NCBI GenBank assembly: GCA_951406725.2
Contig: OX597817.1
Location: 147,312,001 to 147,376,000, forward strand
Length of the DNA stretch: 64,000 nt
Direction of reading: 5' to 3'
Origin: Octopus vulgaris
Lineage: Eukaryota
The notes under the pieces were generated by a model, which was given only the letters and a program-made list of their open reading frames with translations, made no database searches and was not told the origin of the DNA. Made by a program: the position numbers and the translations under genes. This document shows, one piece after another, positions 52,541 through 64,000 of the stretch (position 1 is its first letter; each line of letters begins with the position of its first letter).

Positions 52541-53869
52541 CCAGTACCAACTACAACATCAACAATACCGATAATTGCTGCAACAGTTTGGCTGAATACA
52601 GTTACGTGTTGGAACGCCTAACAACGGTAACCATAGCTACCATTACACCATGGAAAACATTAATTTAGCAATATATATGTATATAATCCATAGCAACAAG
52701 AAGGAAGGTAACAGTTGATGAATCTATTAGTCATGTGTTTTAATGATAGCGACATTGGTTGCTGGCTGAATCTATAGAGGAAAGGACAACTGGATAAACG
52801 GCCAACCGGATAAGTGGTCATGGGTTCGTTTCATAACTCTGGAACATTAGTTGTGTCTTTTTTTTTTCTTTTCTTTTAGAGGACTCTTCTGTCGTAAATG
52901 ACAGATCAGGGTTCCGCAATCTCCTGGCGAACAACCTGTGCAAATGCTTTGCTTATAAGGATCAAATGTTTATGCTGTACGTTAGCTTACACCCTCCATC
53001 AAATCGATATTAACCTGTACAGGTGCAAGGAGTGTCATGCGTCAGATGTCGCAGTGATCGAAGATTAAAGTGAAATGAAACGATTTGGTCTAGAAAGCAA
53101 CGTACTGCTTGGTTCTCGAACTATAAAACCACAATCTTGCGATTTGAGCGCAACGCCTTAAACAATAAACCACGCGTTTTCTGAATATCAACCACAAACA
53201 AATGGGAGAATGTCTGTGGAGTCAGTTGACTTGTTAGGAAAAGCGAATAGTGCTGTCTTTAAAATGAAGCAAAATTGTTTAAAGCAGTCTAGGACAAAAT
53301 ATGACAAAATATGGACAACATATGTCAAATGACTCCACGGTCACGATTGCTTCTACGTCTACTTTAATCACAGCTGACCTTTGGCTGGGCAACAACATCT
53401 TGTAACTCGCGGTGTATTAAAATTCAATGCATTGTATCACAATATTTTGTTGAATACAATTTAACTACGCAATGTGTCGATAAAATGTTACGATCTAAGC
53501 TAGTATTGGACATAAGGCCTTGTGTATGAAATAATGTTACGGGAGTCGACCGCTACAAGCTTCAAAGGAGTAAAATTTCTTTTTTATATTAAGCTGGGGA
53601 ATGAATAGAATGCTTGGTGTTTGTCTTGTTGTGACTCCCCACTCCTAAAAAAATGGGGGTTAGGCCTGGGTGTATATTATACTAAAACGTTAGGAATGCT
53701 TTTTTGCCATTACCTAACGACAAGAATACGTAACGAGCATGAATGCAAACACACATGCGTACAATACTTAGAGAGAAGACATCATTCATAAGAGTGTATT
53801 ATAATCAAATGTATAATAACAGACGATGGATAATTGTCAGCTCATCCATCGTCTGTTATTATACATTTG

Positions 53870-53907
<38 letters not shown>

Positions 53908-53937
53908 CAAATATATATATATATATATATACATCTA

Positions 53938-54155
53938 AAGGCGGCGAGCTGGCAGAAACGTTAGCACACCGGGCGAAATGCGTAGCCGTATTTCGTCCGC
54001 CGTTACGTTTTGAGTTCAAATTCCACCGAGGTTCACTTTGCCTTTCATCCTTTCGGGGTCGATAAATAAAGTACCAGTTACGCACTGGGGTCGATGTAAT
54101 CGACTTAATCCGTTTGTTTGTCCCCTCTGTGCGTAGACCCTTGTGGGTAGTAAAG

Positions 54156-54160
<5 letters not shown>
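53938..54160 (+). mobile_element. SINE-B in (TA)n
   Basis: Full head to tail. Confidence 0.92.
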
Positions 54161-54196
<36 letters not shown>

Positions 54197-54197
54197 T

Positions 54198-54502
54198 AAT
54201 TAACAGAATGAGATAAAAATCCAAAGCAGTGAAAGGTTTCAGAACATTTATAAATAGAAGGTCTTACAGCTGTTTCCGGGATATTTTATATATCCCTTCA
54301 TCGTAGACACTGTGAGAAAATGGTTAAGCAATAGAGCAATAGTTATTCTAAAGAAGGTAACTATTGCTTAACCATTTTCTCGTACCGTCTCCGATCGATG
54401 AAAGGATATATGAAATATCCGGGAAACAAGCTGTAATACCTTCTCTTTATAAATGTTCTGAAATCTTACACAGCTTCGGATTTTTATCTTATTCTGTTAA
54501 TT
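54198..54502. mobile_element. Inverted pair of H3-family pLTR-like arms (~140 bp), each with a hammerhead-like motif
   Basis: 54198-54334 is the imperfect reverse complement of 54361-54502. Motifs at 54261-54308 (-) and 54387-54439 (+) are homologous to 16797-16890. Confidence 0.82.
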
Positions 54503-54655
54503 TTTTTATATATATATGCATGCTAATATATGACCTACGATGGACTCCTCATTCGCATAATCACCGAACCTGGAGCTTAGCTACTGTCCGTCCAAATCAC
54601 TTACCCAGCATTGCCTGACACCTTTGGGTCCTCTTGACACCATTACCTCTCATAA

Positions 54656-54693
<38 letters not shown>

Positions 54694-54740
54694 TACATAC
54701 ATACATACACACACACACATATATATATATATACACATAC

Positions 54741-54817
<77 letters not shown>

Positions 54818-54883
54818 CATACATACATACATACATACATACATACATACATACATACATACATACATGTATATATGTATATA

Positions 54884-55095
54884 AAGGCGGCTAGGAGATA
54901 GAATCGTTAGCACGCTGGAAGAAATGCTTAGCATATTTCGCCCGTCGCTGCATTCTGAGTTCAAATTTCAAAGAGGTGGACTTTATCTTTCATCCTTTCG
55001 GGGTAGATAAATTAAGTACCAGTGGAACACTGGGGTTCGATAATCGACTAGTCCTCTTCCCCGAATTTCATGCCTTGTGCCTTTAGAATGGATTA
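54884..55095 (+). mobile_element. SINE-B (alternative tail), diverged
   Basis: Homology to other SINE-B copies. Confidence 0.85.
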
Positions 55096-55135
<40 letters not shown>

Positions 55136-55603
55136 GCACGTCTGCAGCTTTAATTAGCACAACAATTATAAATATTATATATCTTATTGGAAAGTAATGA
55201 CTATGATCTCCGACATGCATCCCGAGACCGAAGAGAATTAAAGAGGCAACACGCCAGAACTAATGGTTATGTGATACATATCGCATCAATATATTGAATT
55301 ACTCTTTGATTGCAGACCTGGTCCATTTATTTGCAAAAGATGGGTTGCTAAAATTGATCGAATGGCTAAAAGTCGTTGGTAAACCAGAGGAAATATCGAG
55401 CGTGTTGTTCATGAACAGGTAAAAGAAACCGAATGAATTATATGGGACAGGAAACTTGTCTCAGGAGATGCGCTGTAAGATCGATCGAAATATAGACTTC
55501 ATCACATGGATCTATTGGGCAAACATTATACAAATAATGCCTAAGGTTGCGCAGTGTGAGGTGGATACCTAGATCTTATGACTGCACAGGGGTCTTACCA
55601 ACA

Positions 55604-55604
<1 letters not shown>

Positions 55605-55685
<81 letters not shown>

Positions 55686-55701
55686 CCTACCCAAAAACCT
55701 C

Positions 55702-55773
<72 letters not shown>

Positions 55774-55781
55774 AAAACCTC

Positions 55782-55876
<95 letters not shown>

Positions 55877-55878
55877 CT
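55605..55878. repeat. (CTAT)n with duplicated AAAAACCTCT interruption
   Basis: Direct inspection. Confidence 0.97.
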
Positions 55879-56600
55879 ATATGTAAATTACATGCATGTA
55901 TATGTACGTAAGTGTGTGTATGTATTTGAGAGAATATAAATTACATATATAAATTCGAGATGATAATTACATAGGCATTTAACTGACATAACCTAACACG
56001 TCTGGGATTAACGATGGCAAAATTGCAAAATTACTAATAAAACCGCTGAAGCATAATACCACACAGGTGAAAATGATTGCGAAAGCCTCTTATTTTTTTA
56101 CCATAATGAAAACGTTTTCGTTTATACTTGCCTTCATATTTTGATGTATTGTTTTTAGAAAAATCTTATCTTTGCATCTTTGATCATTAAACGTTATAAT
56201 TTAAATAGGAAAAGAATATACAAAATCTCTATAAAATATACATATTGATGTCTTTCAAGAATTGCAACTGTTTAAAAGCCACTTATTTTAGCGGTATATA
56301 AAATATATTTTACAAAGTGTTGAACCGTGGACAATAATTAATAAAATTATACTTTGATGTTTAATCTGAAAGGAAGAGAAAAAAATTACATTGTAACAAG
56401 AATAGTTTTAAATGGCTCCTTGTGTGGGGGTAGGTGTGGATGTGTTTGTTTGTGTGTGTTTGCTTGTGTGTGTTTGTGTGATGTGATTAAATGTTGGCGA
56501 AACAAAACAACAGAAATGGAAAGAATATATTTCTTGTAACTTCAAATCACCCTCGTAATTTCTCTTACACATCTATATATATATATATATATATATAAAC

Positions 56601-56656
<56 letters not shown>

Positions 56657-56664
56657 ATAGAAAC

Positions 56665-56696
<32 letters not shown>

Positions 56697-56932
56697 ATAC
56701 ACACACGTATGTATATGTGTAAGTGTATTTATGTATATATATTTTTATGCACACACACACATACACACACACACATACACATATATATATATATATATAT
56801 GTATAAGTGTTTGTATGTGAATATATATATGTGTATATATATATATATATGTCTTTCACTATACATGTGTATGTGTCTAGTGATTAGGAGAGAGATAGAG
56901 CGGTTGAGAGAGAGAGAGAGATGGAAAGGTAC

Positions 56933-56980
<48 letters not shown>

Positions 56981-57428
56981 GAAGAGAGAAACAGAGTGAA
57001 AGAGCATGTAGATACTTTCGCTCCGTACACCGACACGCTGCAATTTCGTATCCCTTAACTTCCTTTCCATTCCATGCAAGCTTTGATATTTTGTCATATA
57101 TCTTCTGGTCCCCTTGATCTTGGCATTTCGTATTATTAGAAATGTAGTGATGGTAGTGGTGTATGTTACAGTACAGATATTCATCTTATTTATTCTTACG
57201 GTGTTTAAAAAAATCATTTTCTGTTTCCAATTCCTAAATATGCTCTCTATTTCGATGTTTGAAAAAAGCGCAAGTATGGCAGCATGGTTAAGGCTTTCTC
57301 TTAGCCTATGTGTAGTCATCTATTCTACATCTTATGTATTCACGTATATATGCACACACACACACACACACATTCGTACACACGCGCTCACACACAAATT
57401 TATAAATACACATTTATCAATATGAATG

Positions 57429-57643
57429 AAGGCGGCGAGCTGCCAGAAACGTGAGGACGCCGTGCGAAATGCCTAGCGGTATTTCGTCTGCCGCTATGTT
57501 CTGAGCTCAAATTCCGCCGAGGTCGACTTTGCCTTTCACCCTTTCGGGATCGATAAATTAGGTATAAGTTGCATACTGGGGTCGATATAATTGACTGGCT
57601 CCCTACCCCAAAATTTCGGGCCTTGTGCCTAGAGTAGAAAAGA
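57429..57643 (+). mobile_element. SINE-B monomer with alternative tail
   Basis: Head to GGGCCTTGTGCCTAGAGTAGAAAAGAA. Confidence 0.9.
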
Positions 57644-57670
57644 AAATGGATGTATGTATTTATATATCTA

Positions 57671-58961
57671 TCAGGTCATCCCATAAGTTCTGTCCGATTT
57701 AATTTTCTTAAAATTGAATGACATTTAATAGATTTTAGAATGCCTAATGGAATTAAAGATTATCTTTATGCATTTGTGTACACTTAAACTAATTAAATAT
57801 TATTTTACAGAATAATAGATTTAAAATTTCGTTCATTAAAATCATTTCTGACATGGAAGTCTCCAAAGAGCATTTAAGGCACACAATACTTTATGAGTAC
57901 AAAAAAGGAAACTCTGCAGCCGAAGCGACTCGAAACATACACTCAGTTTATGAGAAAGAATGTTTGAATGAAAGAACTTGCAGAAGATGGTTTGCAAAAT
58001 TCAGAAGTGGAGATTTCAGCCTTGATGATGAAGATCAAACAGGACGTCCTGTTGAGGTTGATGATAAGCTCCTTGTGGAACTACTTGAAGAAAATCCTGC
58101 ATTATCAGTTGAAGAATTGTCAATAAAGCTTAGTTGAAACCGTAGAACTGTTCATCGTCATCTTCAGCAACTTGAAATGATTCCTAAACTTGGAAAATGG
58201 GTGCCTCATGAATTGTCCGAAAGCAACGGCAAATACCGAGTTGACATCTGCTCTTCTCTCCATTCTCCTAAACTCATTTTACCCTTTTTGGATAGACTTG
58301 TGACTGTTGACGAAAAGTGGCTTTTCTATCGAAATGTTAAACGTTGTAAACAGTGACTTGGTAAAAGGGAAAAAAAAATCAACCACAACTGAGAAGGGAA
58401 CTTCATGTAAAAAGATTATTCTCTCTATCTGGTGGGATTGAAAAGGAGTAATTCACTTTGAATTGTTACCACCTAACGCAACATTCAATGCTTAAGTCTA
58501 CTGTCAGCAATTAGAGCGTTTGAACCATGCTTTGAAGGAAAAAATACCCGCTTTAATGAATCGAAAAGGCGTGATGTTTCATCAGGACAATGCGTGACCC
58601 CACACTGCAAAGATCACATTACAGAAGATCGAAGAGCTTGGTTGGGAAAAAATACCTCATCCACCTTATCCTCCCGACCTTGCTCCTTCAGACTACGACT
58701 TGTTTCGTAGTTTACAGAATCATTTGGGGAACATAACTTTTGCAATCCAGGAGGTGGTCGAAATTGACATTTCAGAGTTCTTCGCTTTGAAACCAAAAGA
58801 GTTTTACATTGATGGGATTAAAAAGCTTGTAAATAGATGGAAGGAAGTCATAAATAATCAGGGAAAGTACGTTGATGATTACATTTCAATTAAATATAAC
58901 ATTTGATCACTTGTTTTTTTTTTTTATTCAAGATTAAGACAGAACTTATGGGATGACCTGA
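57671..58961 (+). mobile_element. Full-length (1291 bp) mariner transposon, TA TSD
   Basis: TIRs TCAGGTCATCCCATAAGTTCTGTC / GACAGAACTTATGGGATGACCTGA, each flanked by TA. Confidence 0.96.
57853..58906 (+). pseudogene. Mariner DD34D transposase, inactivated by stops and frameshifts
   Basis: HTH (RRWFAKFRSGDFSLDDE..TGRP), WVPHEL, TVDEKW, HQDNA*PH, YPPDLAPSDY. There are 34 residues between the second and third Asp. Confidence 0.95.
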
Positions 58962-59059
58962 TATATTGGGAAAAGTATGTTAAATACAAAATGCAGTTTA
59001 TATCATGTGTAACCTATGTAAGTTTTACCTTTGTGCTTATTTGTAATCGTTGCATTAGT

Positions 59060-59500
59060 TGCTTCAAGGACAACTGGCTGTTGAACTACAACAGATCTTC
59101 AAGAAAACATTTTGTTGCCTTATATTACACAGATCAAATGGTTTAGATCTGTGTAAACAATGCAATAAAGTATACCCTTGAAAACCAGTTGTGGTTTGTG
59201 TTACCCTGGATTTTGAATATCCACTGCAGAGTATGCGAATAACAACAATGGTGAAATCTACGAAAGGGATCGAGTGATATAATATGAATCTTGTATTTAC
59301 AATATTTTTTTCGATCATAGCTGGTATAGTTCTAATTTCAGCAGTAGAGTAATACACACATAATTTTACAGGAAGTAGACTGGATGATGAAATTCTACGC
59401 GGATCTCTAGTGAGTAGCGTTGTGTAGAATTCTTTCAAATCATGTGGACCTGGGTCAAACTGTTATGACAAAAATAAATGTAACTCCTACGAAATGTGAT
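59060..59500 (-). mobile_element. Possible RTE-BovB RT fossil
   Basis: Faint PHDLKE..TTL, RRISS.S and YTDL/KPFDL resemble PQDLKD.I.TL / YRGISLLS / FIDL.KAFD. Confidence 0.35.
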
Positions 59501-59536
59501 GAGTGCCTCTTTCGTCTGTCCCTTTCCTCTTATACG

Positions 59537-59539
<3 letters not shown>

Positions 59540-59572
<33 letters not shown>

Positions 59573-59681
59573 TGTATGTATGTATGTATGTATGTATGTA
59601 TGTATTATGTATGTATGTATGTATGTATGTATGTATGTATGTATGCGTATATGTATGTATGTATATATGTATGTATGTACG

Positions 59682-59715
<34 letters not shown>

Positions 59716-59745
59716 TGTATATATGTATGTATGTATGTATGTATG
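59540..59745. repeat. (TATG)n microsatellite
   Basis: Direct inspection. Confidence 0.98.
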
Positions 59746-60619
59746 GAAAAGAATTTCTATACAGAGTAAAACGACGTCAGCTGTAGGTGGAAACCGAGTT
59801 GTGAGGTGGGGTCTGACTCTCTGGGAGTTTAATTATCTATAAAACACTGGTAACAAATAACATACAATCTTTATGCAATACAGAGCAATGAAAGCAACAG
59901 GGGGAGAAAATAAACGGAAGACTAATAATTTATTTCTCTGTCGGGTCAGTCAAATGACCCAGACGGATTATATCTGACGTAAGGCCTATTAAATGAACCA
60001 ATTACTTCAAGTATCGTTCACCGTTTCCTCCCGTATCTTGCCTCACCCACAAATCGATTTGTTTCTCTAAAAATTTGTTTTTCTCATTCTAGTGTGTCTC
60101 CATTAGCTTTTCTCTTTTGTATTCCGCTTTTTCTCCTCCTACTTCATTTTCCCTTTATTTGTTACCCGCCAGCAATTCTACTGTTTGTTTCTTTCTCTCG
60201 CCCATCTTCTTTTATTCATTTCCACCATTAATTGTGAAGAGATCTCTCCATACGGTTTTCAGATTCTATTATTTTATTATTATATTCTAACTTTATTAAA
60301 ACAGTTTTGTTTTGTCTTTCTTTGATTCATTTAAACTATTTATTCGTGTCACTTCAGTAACGAGAGGGGCCTTGTAGCAGACCGCCTACAACTAGCAAGA
60401 AACCAACAAATAAATATCGCAAATAACTAAATTGTTGACTATCATAGAAATACTTACAATGTTTTATAAGGAATAATTGAAGCCAAGCCTTTTTCCTTTT
60501 CACTTTTTGAGTCAGTTCTAAGATTCGTTCTCATGAAAAGTCATATATGTAATAATTCAATGTTTTTGCATTCATTGACTGCCGTTAAACAATAAATGGA
60601 CGTTATTATTAGGAATGAG

Positions 60620-60858
60620 ATGCCACCGAAGTCGACTTTGCCTTTCATCCCTTCGCAGTCGATAAAATTACATCGAACCCAAGTTGAGAACTGGGATCGA
60701 TGTAATTGTCTCCAGAATTTCAGGCCTTGTTCCTATAATAGGGAGAAATTATTTGAAAAGTAAAGGGCAACGAGCTGGCAAAATCATTAACACGCCGGAC
60801 AAAAATGCTTTGCGGCACTTCGTCTCTCCGCACGTTCTACGTTCAAATTCCACCTGGG
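60620..60858 (+). mobile_element. Diverged SINE-B 3' half followed by a 5' half
   Basis: Central domain and tail at 60622-60730, then head at 60765-60858. Confidence 0.7.
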
Positions 60859-61246
60859 TGAGAGAAGAATTAGCAGATATTTTATTTTACTTGCGACTAT
60901 GTCAGAAAAAAAAGTTATTGATTAATTAGAGCGTCGAACAAAATATCTTGTCGTAAGTGTTCTGATTCTTAAAGTTCTGAGTCCATTACCTCTGAAGATC
61001 AATATTGTCTGTCATTCTTAGGTCATCGATAAAATAAGGTATAAGCAATAGAGAATTTCGTACAACAATACAAGCAAAGATACGTATGTAAAAGTCATTA
61101 AATATTAACAATGAACGCTAATTAGTAAATACATTGAAAACATCCAATATAAATGTTGAATCAGTCTTAATCTTCTGTTATATTTCCATTCACATCTAGA
61201 ATGCATAGCAGGAATATTAAATCGACATCGTTACATGACAGGTACT

Positions 61247-61649
61247 GGATCTTTTCGGTTTGAACGGCAGTTTTTAACATAAGTTCTAGGTAACTAAAAA
61301 AATTTTAAACTTCGTATACTGGTAGAATGTGTTTATAAAACATCTTTTTCTCTTGGCTTTATTGAGAAAATGTTATAGTTTGTAAGATATTTGTTTTTTT
61401 TTTCTTCAATTTCTTCAATTTCAACCAATTAATGATGTGTATTGAGGTAAAAAACATTCTGTGCCGCATGAATATGTCCCTCGTTTAAGAAACAGATTTG
61501 GTTTATTTACATTTGTGAAGAAAAAAAGATACCCTTCCCTAACCCTAAAATAGATTGAAATGCAATAGATCGATACTAGGATCATAATTATGGGTGACAA
61601 TTTCATATGACACCGCTAGAAAAAACTGCCGTTCAAACCGAAAAGATCC
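61247..61649. mobile_element. Merlin-type MITE (403 bp) with 29-bp TIRs and 8-bp TSD
   Basis: TIR GGATCTTTTCGGTTTGAACGGCAGTTTTT and its perfect reverse complement; TSD CAGGTACT at 61239-61246 and 61650-61657. GG termini with an 8-bp TSD are the Merlin signature. Confidence 0.85.
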
Positions 61650-61695
61650 CAGGTACTTTATTTTATTGCTCTCGAGAAGCTCAAGCGCAAAACTG

Positions 61696-61844
61696 GGATC
61701 TTTTCACTCTGACCGGCAGATTTCTAAAATAATTTCTTTGTAACTAAACACTGCTAAACTTCGTATACTGGTAGAATGTGTTACATAAAACATCTTTTTC
61801 CCCTGGCTTTCTTGAAAAAATTCTGTAGTTTGTAAGCAATTTAT
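61696..61844 (+). mobile_element. Second, diverged left end of the same MITE family, cut off by an LTR
   Basis: GGGATCTTTTCACTCTGACCGGCAG...CTTCGTATACTGGTAGAATGTGTT. Confidence 0.8.
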
Positions 61845-62342
61845 TGTTAAATTACGGAATTAGCAATAATAGTACACACCTCCCACGTGAGGAATGGAAT
61901 AACCTAGTCACTATGAGTGAAGAGAAGTACCAGAGTACGTAGTAGGTGGTCAGAGATAATCGTGTCCTTATTAGTATTACTAAGTATAATCTGTACCGAA
62001 GCGGGCGTTATAACAATCTAACAGTCTAAGGATTATAACAGTGGCGACGAGGATTTAAAGAACTCACGAGGAATGAATAAACTTGACGAGGATAAACCAA
62101 TTCACGTGGAGTTAATAGAAACTCTAAGAGGAGTTAATAATTCACAAAGTTTTGTTGTGTGAGTTTTACGAAAGAAAAATCGTAAAATAATGGAAAATTT
62201 GTTGGCTGGTTTGCTCGACATGCAAAAACAGCAACAACAGCAACTAAAAGAACAACAACAGCAGCAGCTACAACCGTAAGAACAACAGTTGAAACAACAA
62301 CAACAACAACAAATAATAATATTACAGCAACTCATTCTTCTC
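61845..62342 (+). mobile_element. Gypsy-type LTR retrotransposon 5' remnant: LTR (61845-62040), PBS (62042-62054), start of gag (ATG 62190)
   Basis: TGTTA...TAACA termini. PBS TGGCGACGAGGAT is complementary to the 3' end of tRNA-Ser(GCU) (...ATCCTCGTCG-CCA). ORF start MENLLAGLLDMQKQQQQQLKEQQQQQ. Confidence 0.75.
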
Positions 62343-62620
62343 ATGGAAGGCGCGGGCCTAGTGATTAAGGCCTAGTGATTAGGCCTAGTTATTAGGGCGT
62401 TGCACTCACGAAAGTGTGGTCATGGTTTCGATTCCTAGACCGAACATTGCGTTCTGTTTTTGACCAAAGTACTTTATTTCACGTTACTCTTGTTCACTCA
62501 AATATAAATGAAGAACCCTGCAACAGACAGGCGCCTCGCTCGATGGAATGTTGTGTGGTATCGGTGACTTATACGCCAAAGAAACCAGAGTAATCAACCT
62601 ATGAGTAACTGGGCTCGAAA
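62343..62620 (+). mobile_element. Diverged tRNA-derived SINE with triplicated A-box and the tail type seen at 46400-46504
   Basis: GGCCTAGT(G/T)ATTA x3; B box GTTTCGATTCC; tail TATACGCCAAAGAAACC...CCTATGAG. Confidence 0.7.
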
Positions 62621-63336
62621 CTACTTACTTTTACTGTTCACTATTTCAGTTTCAACATACTCTTACGCAATTATACATTCACACAAATGTAGCAAAACTA
62701 TTGTTTTTCTCATAAAGAAGGCAACATGTCTGAAATGTGAAGGGACAGTATATAAACCAGTATTACATCATGGTGGCAATTGTGCAACAAAATATGATTT
62801 CAAACACATCTTAGTGAATTTTACAACGAAGCATAAAATAGATAACATTGATTTGACAGCTAATAATTTTAAAGAGAGTCATATAATAACATTAATATCA
62901 AGGACGTTGGTAGCATCTACATAGTATAAAATATATATAAAAAAATAAACTGATGATAGATGTGTTAATCGACAAGTTTGCACATGGCAAACACAAAATG
63001 TGCTTTGTGTGAAGAATACACAGATGACATATGTAATATAGTAAGTGGTAACTTCACAAATTGAAGACAAGAATTCCATATACAATGTATGAACAACAGT
63101 CATATAACATATGATGATAAAATTCAACAGAACACGGATGACGTTGCAAAGACGAATGCGAGAGTAGAAGCGCTAACATATAGTTATATATTAAGACTCT
63201 TAAAGCCGGCTATACGCTTTTTCTGGCGTATACAGAACGAAGATCCCAAAGTTACCTTCCTGGTCCGCTGCAGTGCTTAAGGCTAGTTATTATTTTAAGA
63301 GGACAAAACAAGTCGCTTATATCAACCCCAGTACTA

Positions 63337-64000
63337 CAGGGTGATTGGAAAGTAACTCTCTATTTTAAAATGCTTATAATTTATTTATTAACTATAAATT
63401 TTTTTCTCAAATTTGTTGTGTATGTTCTTTAATGTATGGGAATTGATTCCATGTTGTTTTTTTTTTCAGTTTGATTATGTTATTTGAAATTTAGAAGCCC
63501 AACAAACATGGCTGGATGTTTTACTGTACAGGAGCGTGCCCAGCTAGCTGCACATTACGAAGTTTGGTGATCAGTTATTCAAGTGCAAAGATGGTGGAGG
63601 ATCATTAGAGGAAGACATGCTCAAGTTGATGGAAAGATAATCAAGAATTGTCATGCAACATTCTTGATTACAGGATTTGTAGCTGATACTTGAAGTGGCC
63701 GTCCTTCCAATTCATCAAGGTCCGCATGACTGGCTGGCCAGAAGCCCTGATCTAATACCCTGCGACTGTTTTCTTTGGGGTTGGTTAAAGGAGGAAATCC
63801 TCTCTACCAAACCAATGACTTTGGAAGAACTTGAAGGGTGAATACAAGAAGTTATGTCTTTCATTACACAAAACTTCCTGATGAAATCAGTTAATGTGGT
63901 TCCCAGGCGGCTTCAGAAGCTGGTGGTAAATGCTGATGCCTATATCAAATTTTAAATAAAATTCCATGCTATACTCTTTCTTTACATATTCGTTTTTTCT
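63337..64000 (+). mobile_element. Internally deleted Tc1/mariner-superfamily (Tc3/rosa-like) transposon, runs off the window
   Basis: TA|CAGGGTG left end. ATG 63508 gives MAGCFTVQERAQLAAHYEVW*SVIQVQRWWR...TGFVADT*SGRPS, joined almost directly to WLARSPDLIPCDCFLWGWLKE...TLEELE. Confidence 0.82.

Noticed and set aside
52855-53012. Polypyrimidine tract plus AG followed by a short open frame (possible host exon)
   Set aside because: No convincing donor site or recognisable peptide; it cannot be supported without RNA-seq.
61537-61549. CCCTAACCCTAA telomere-like repeat
   Set aside because: Only two units, internal to the MITE.

Overview
AT-rich, microsatellite-saturated eukaryotic non-coding DNA with no recognisable host gene. 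The repeat repertoire suggests a coleoid cephalopod, probably Octopus (inference from recalled repeat families, not from a search). Retroelements present: three tRNA-derived SINE families in about 30 copies or fragments (labelled SINE-A, -B and -C here); one young 5'-truncated CR1-clade LINE with an uninterrupted RT frame (25.9-27.8 kb); fossil R4/Dong, Tx1, RTE and CR1 LINE pieces; a Penelope-type GIY-YIG fragment; and a Gypsy LTR-PBS-gag remnant. DNA transposons present: a full-length dead DD34D mariner, a DD37D (maT-like) element, other Tc1/mariner derivatives, a Merlin-type MITE and a non-autonomous Helitron. Most notable observations: (1) about 11 minimal type I hammerhead-ribozyme motifs from about 5 short Penelope-pLTR-like families, several arranged as inverted pairs within (TA)n or (TAA)n; (2) a 3' tail shared by SINE-A and two CR1 families, with a stem-loop showing compensatory changes; (3) the internal microsatellite of SINE-A repeatedly receiving insertions; (4) a 289-bp locally templated inverted insertion with a 20-bp duplication inside a fold-back hairpin; (5) several perfect fold-back palindromes. 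Nearly all short ORFs in the supplied track are microsatellite artefacts. Boundaries of degenerate elements are approximate.
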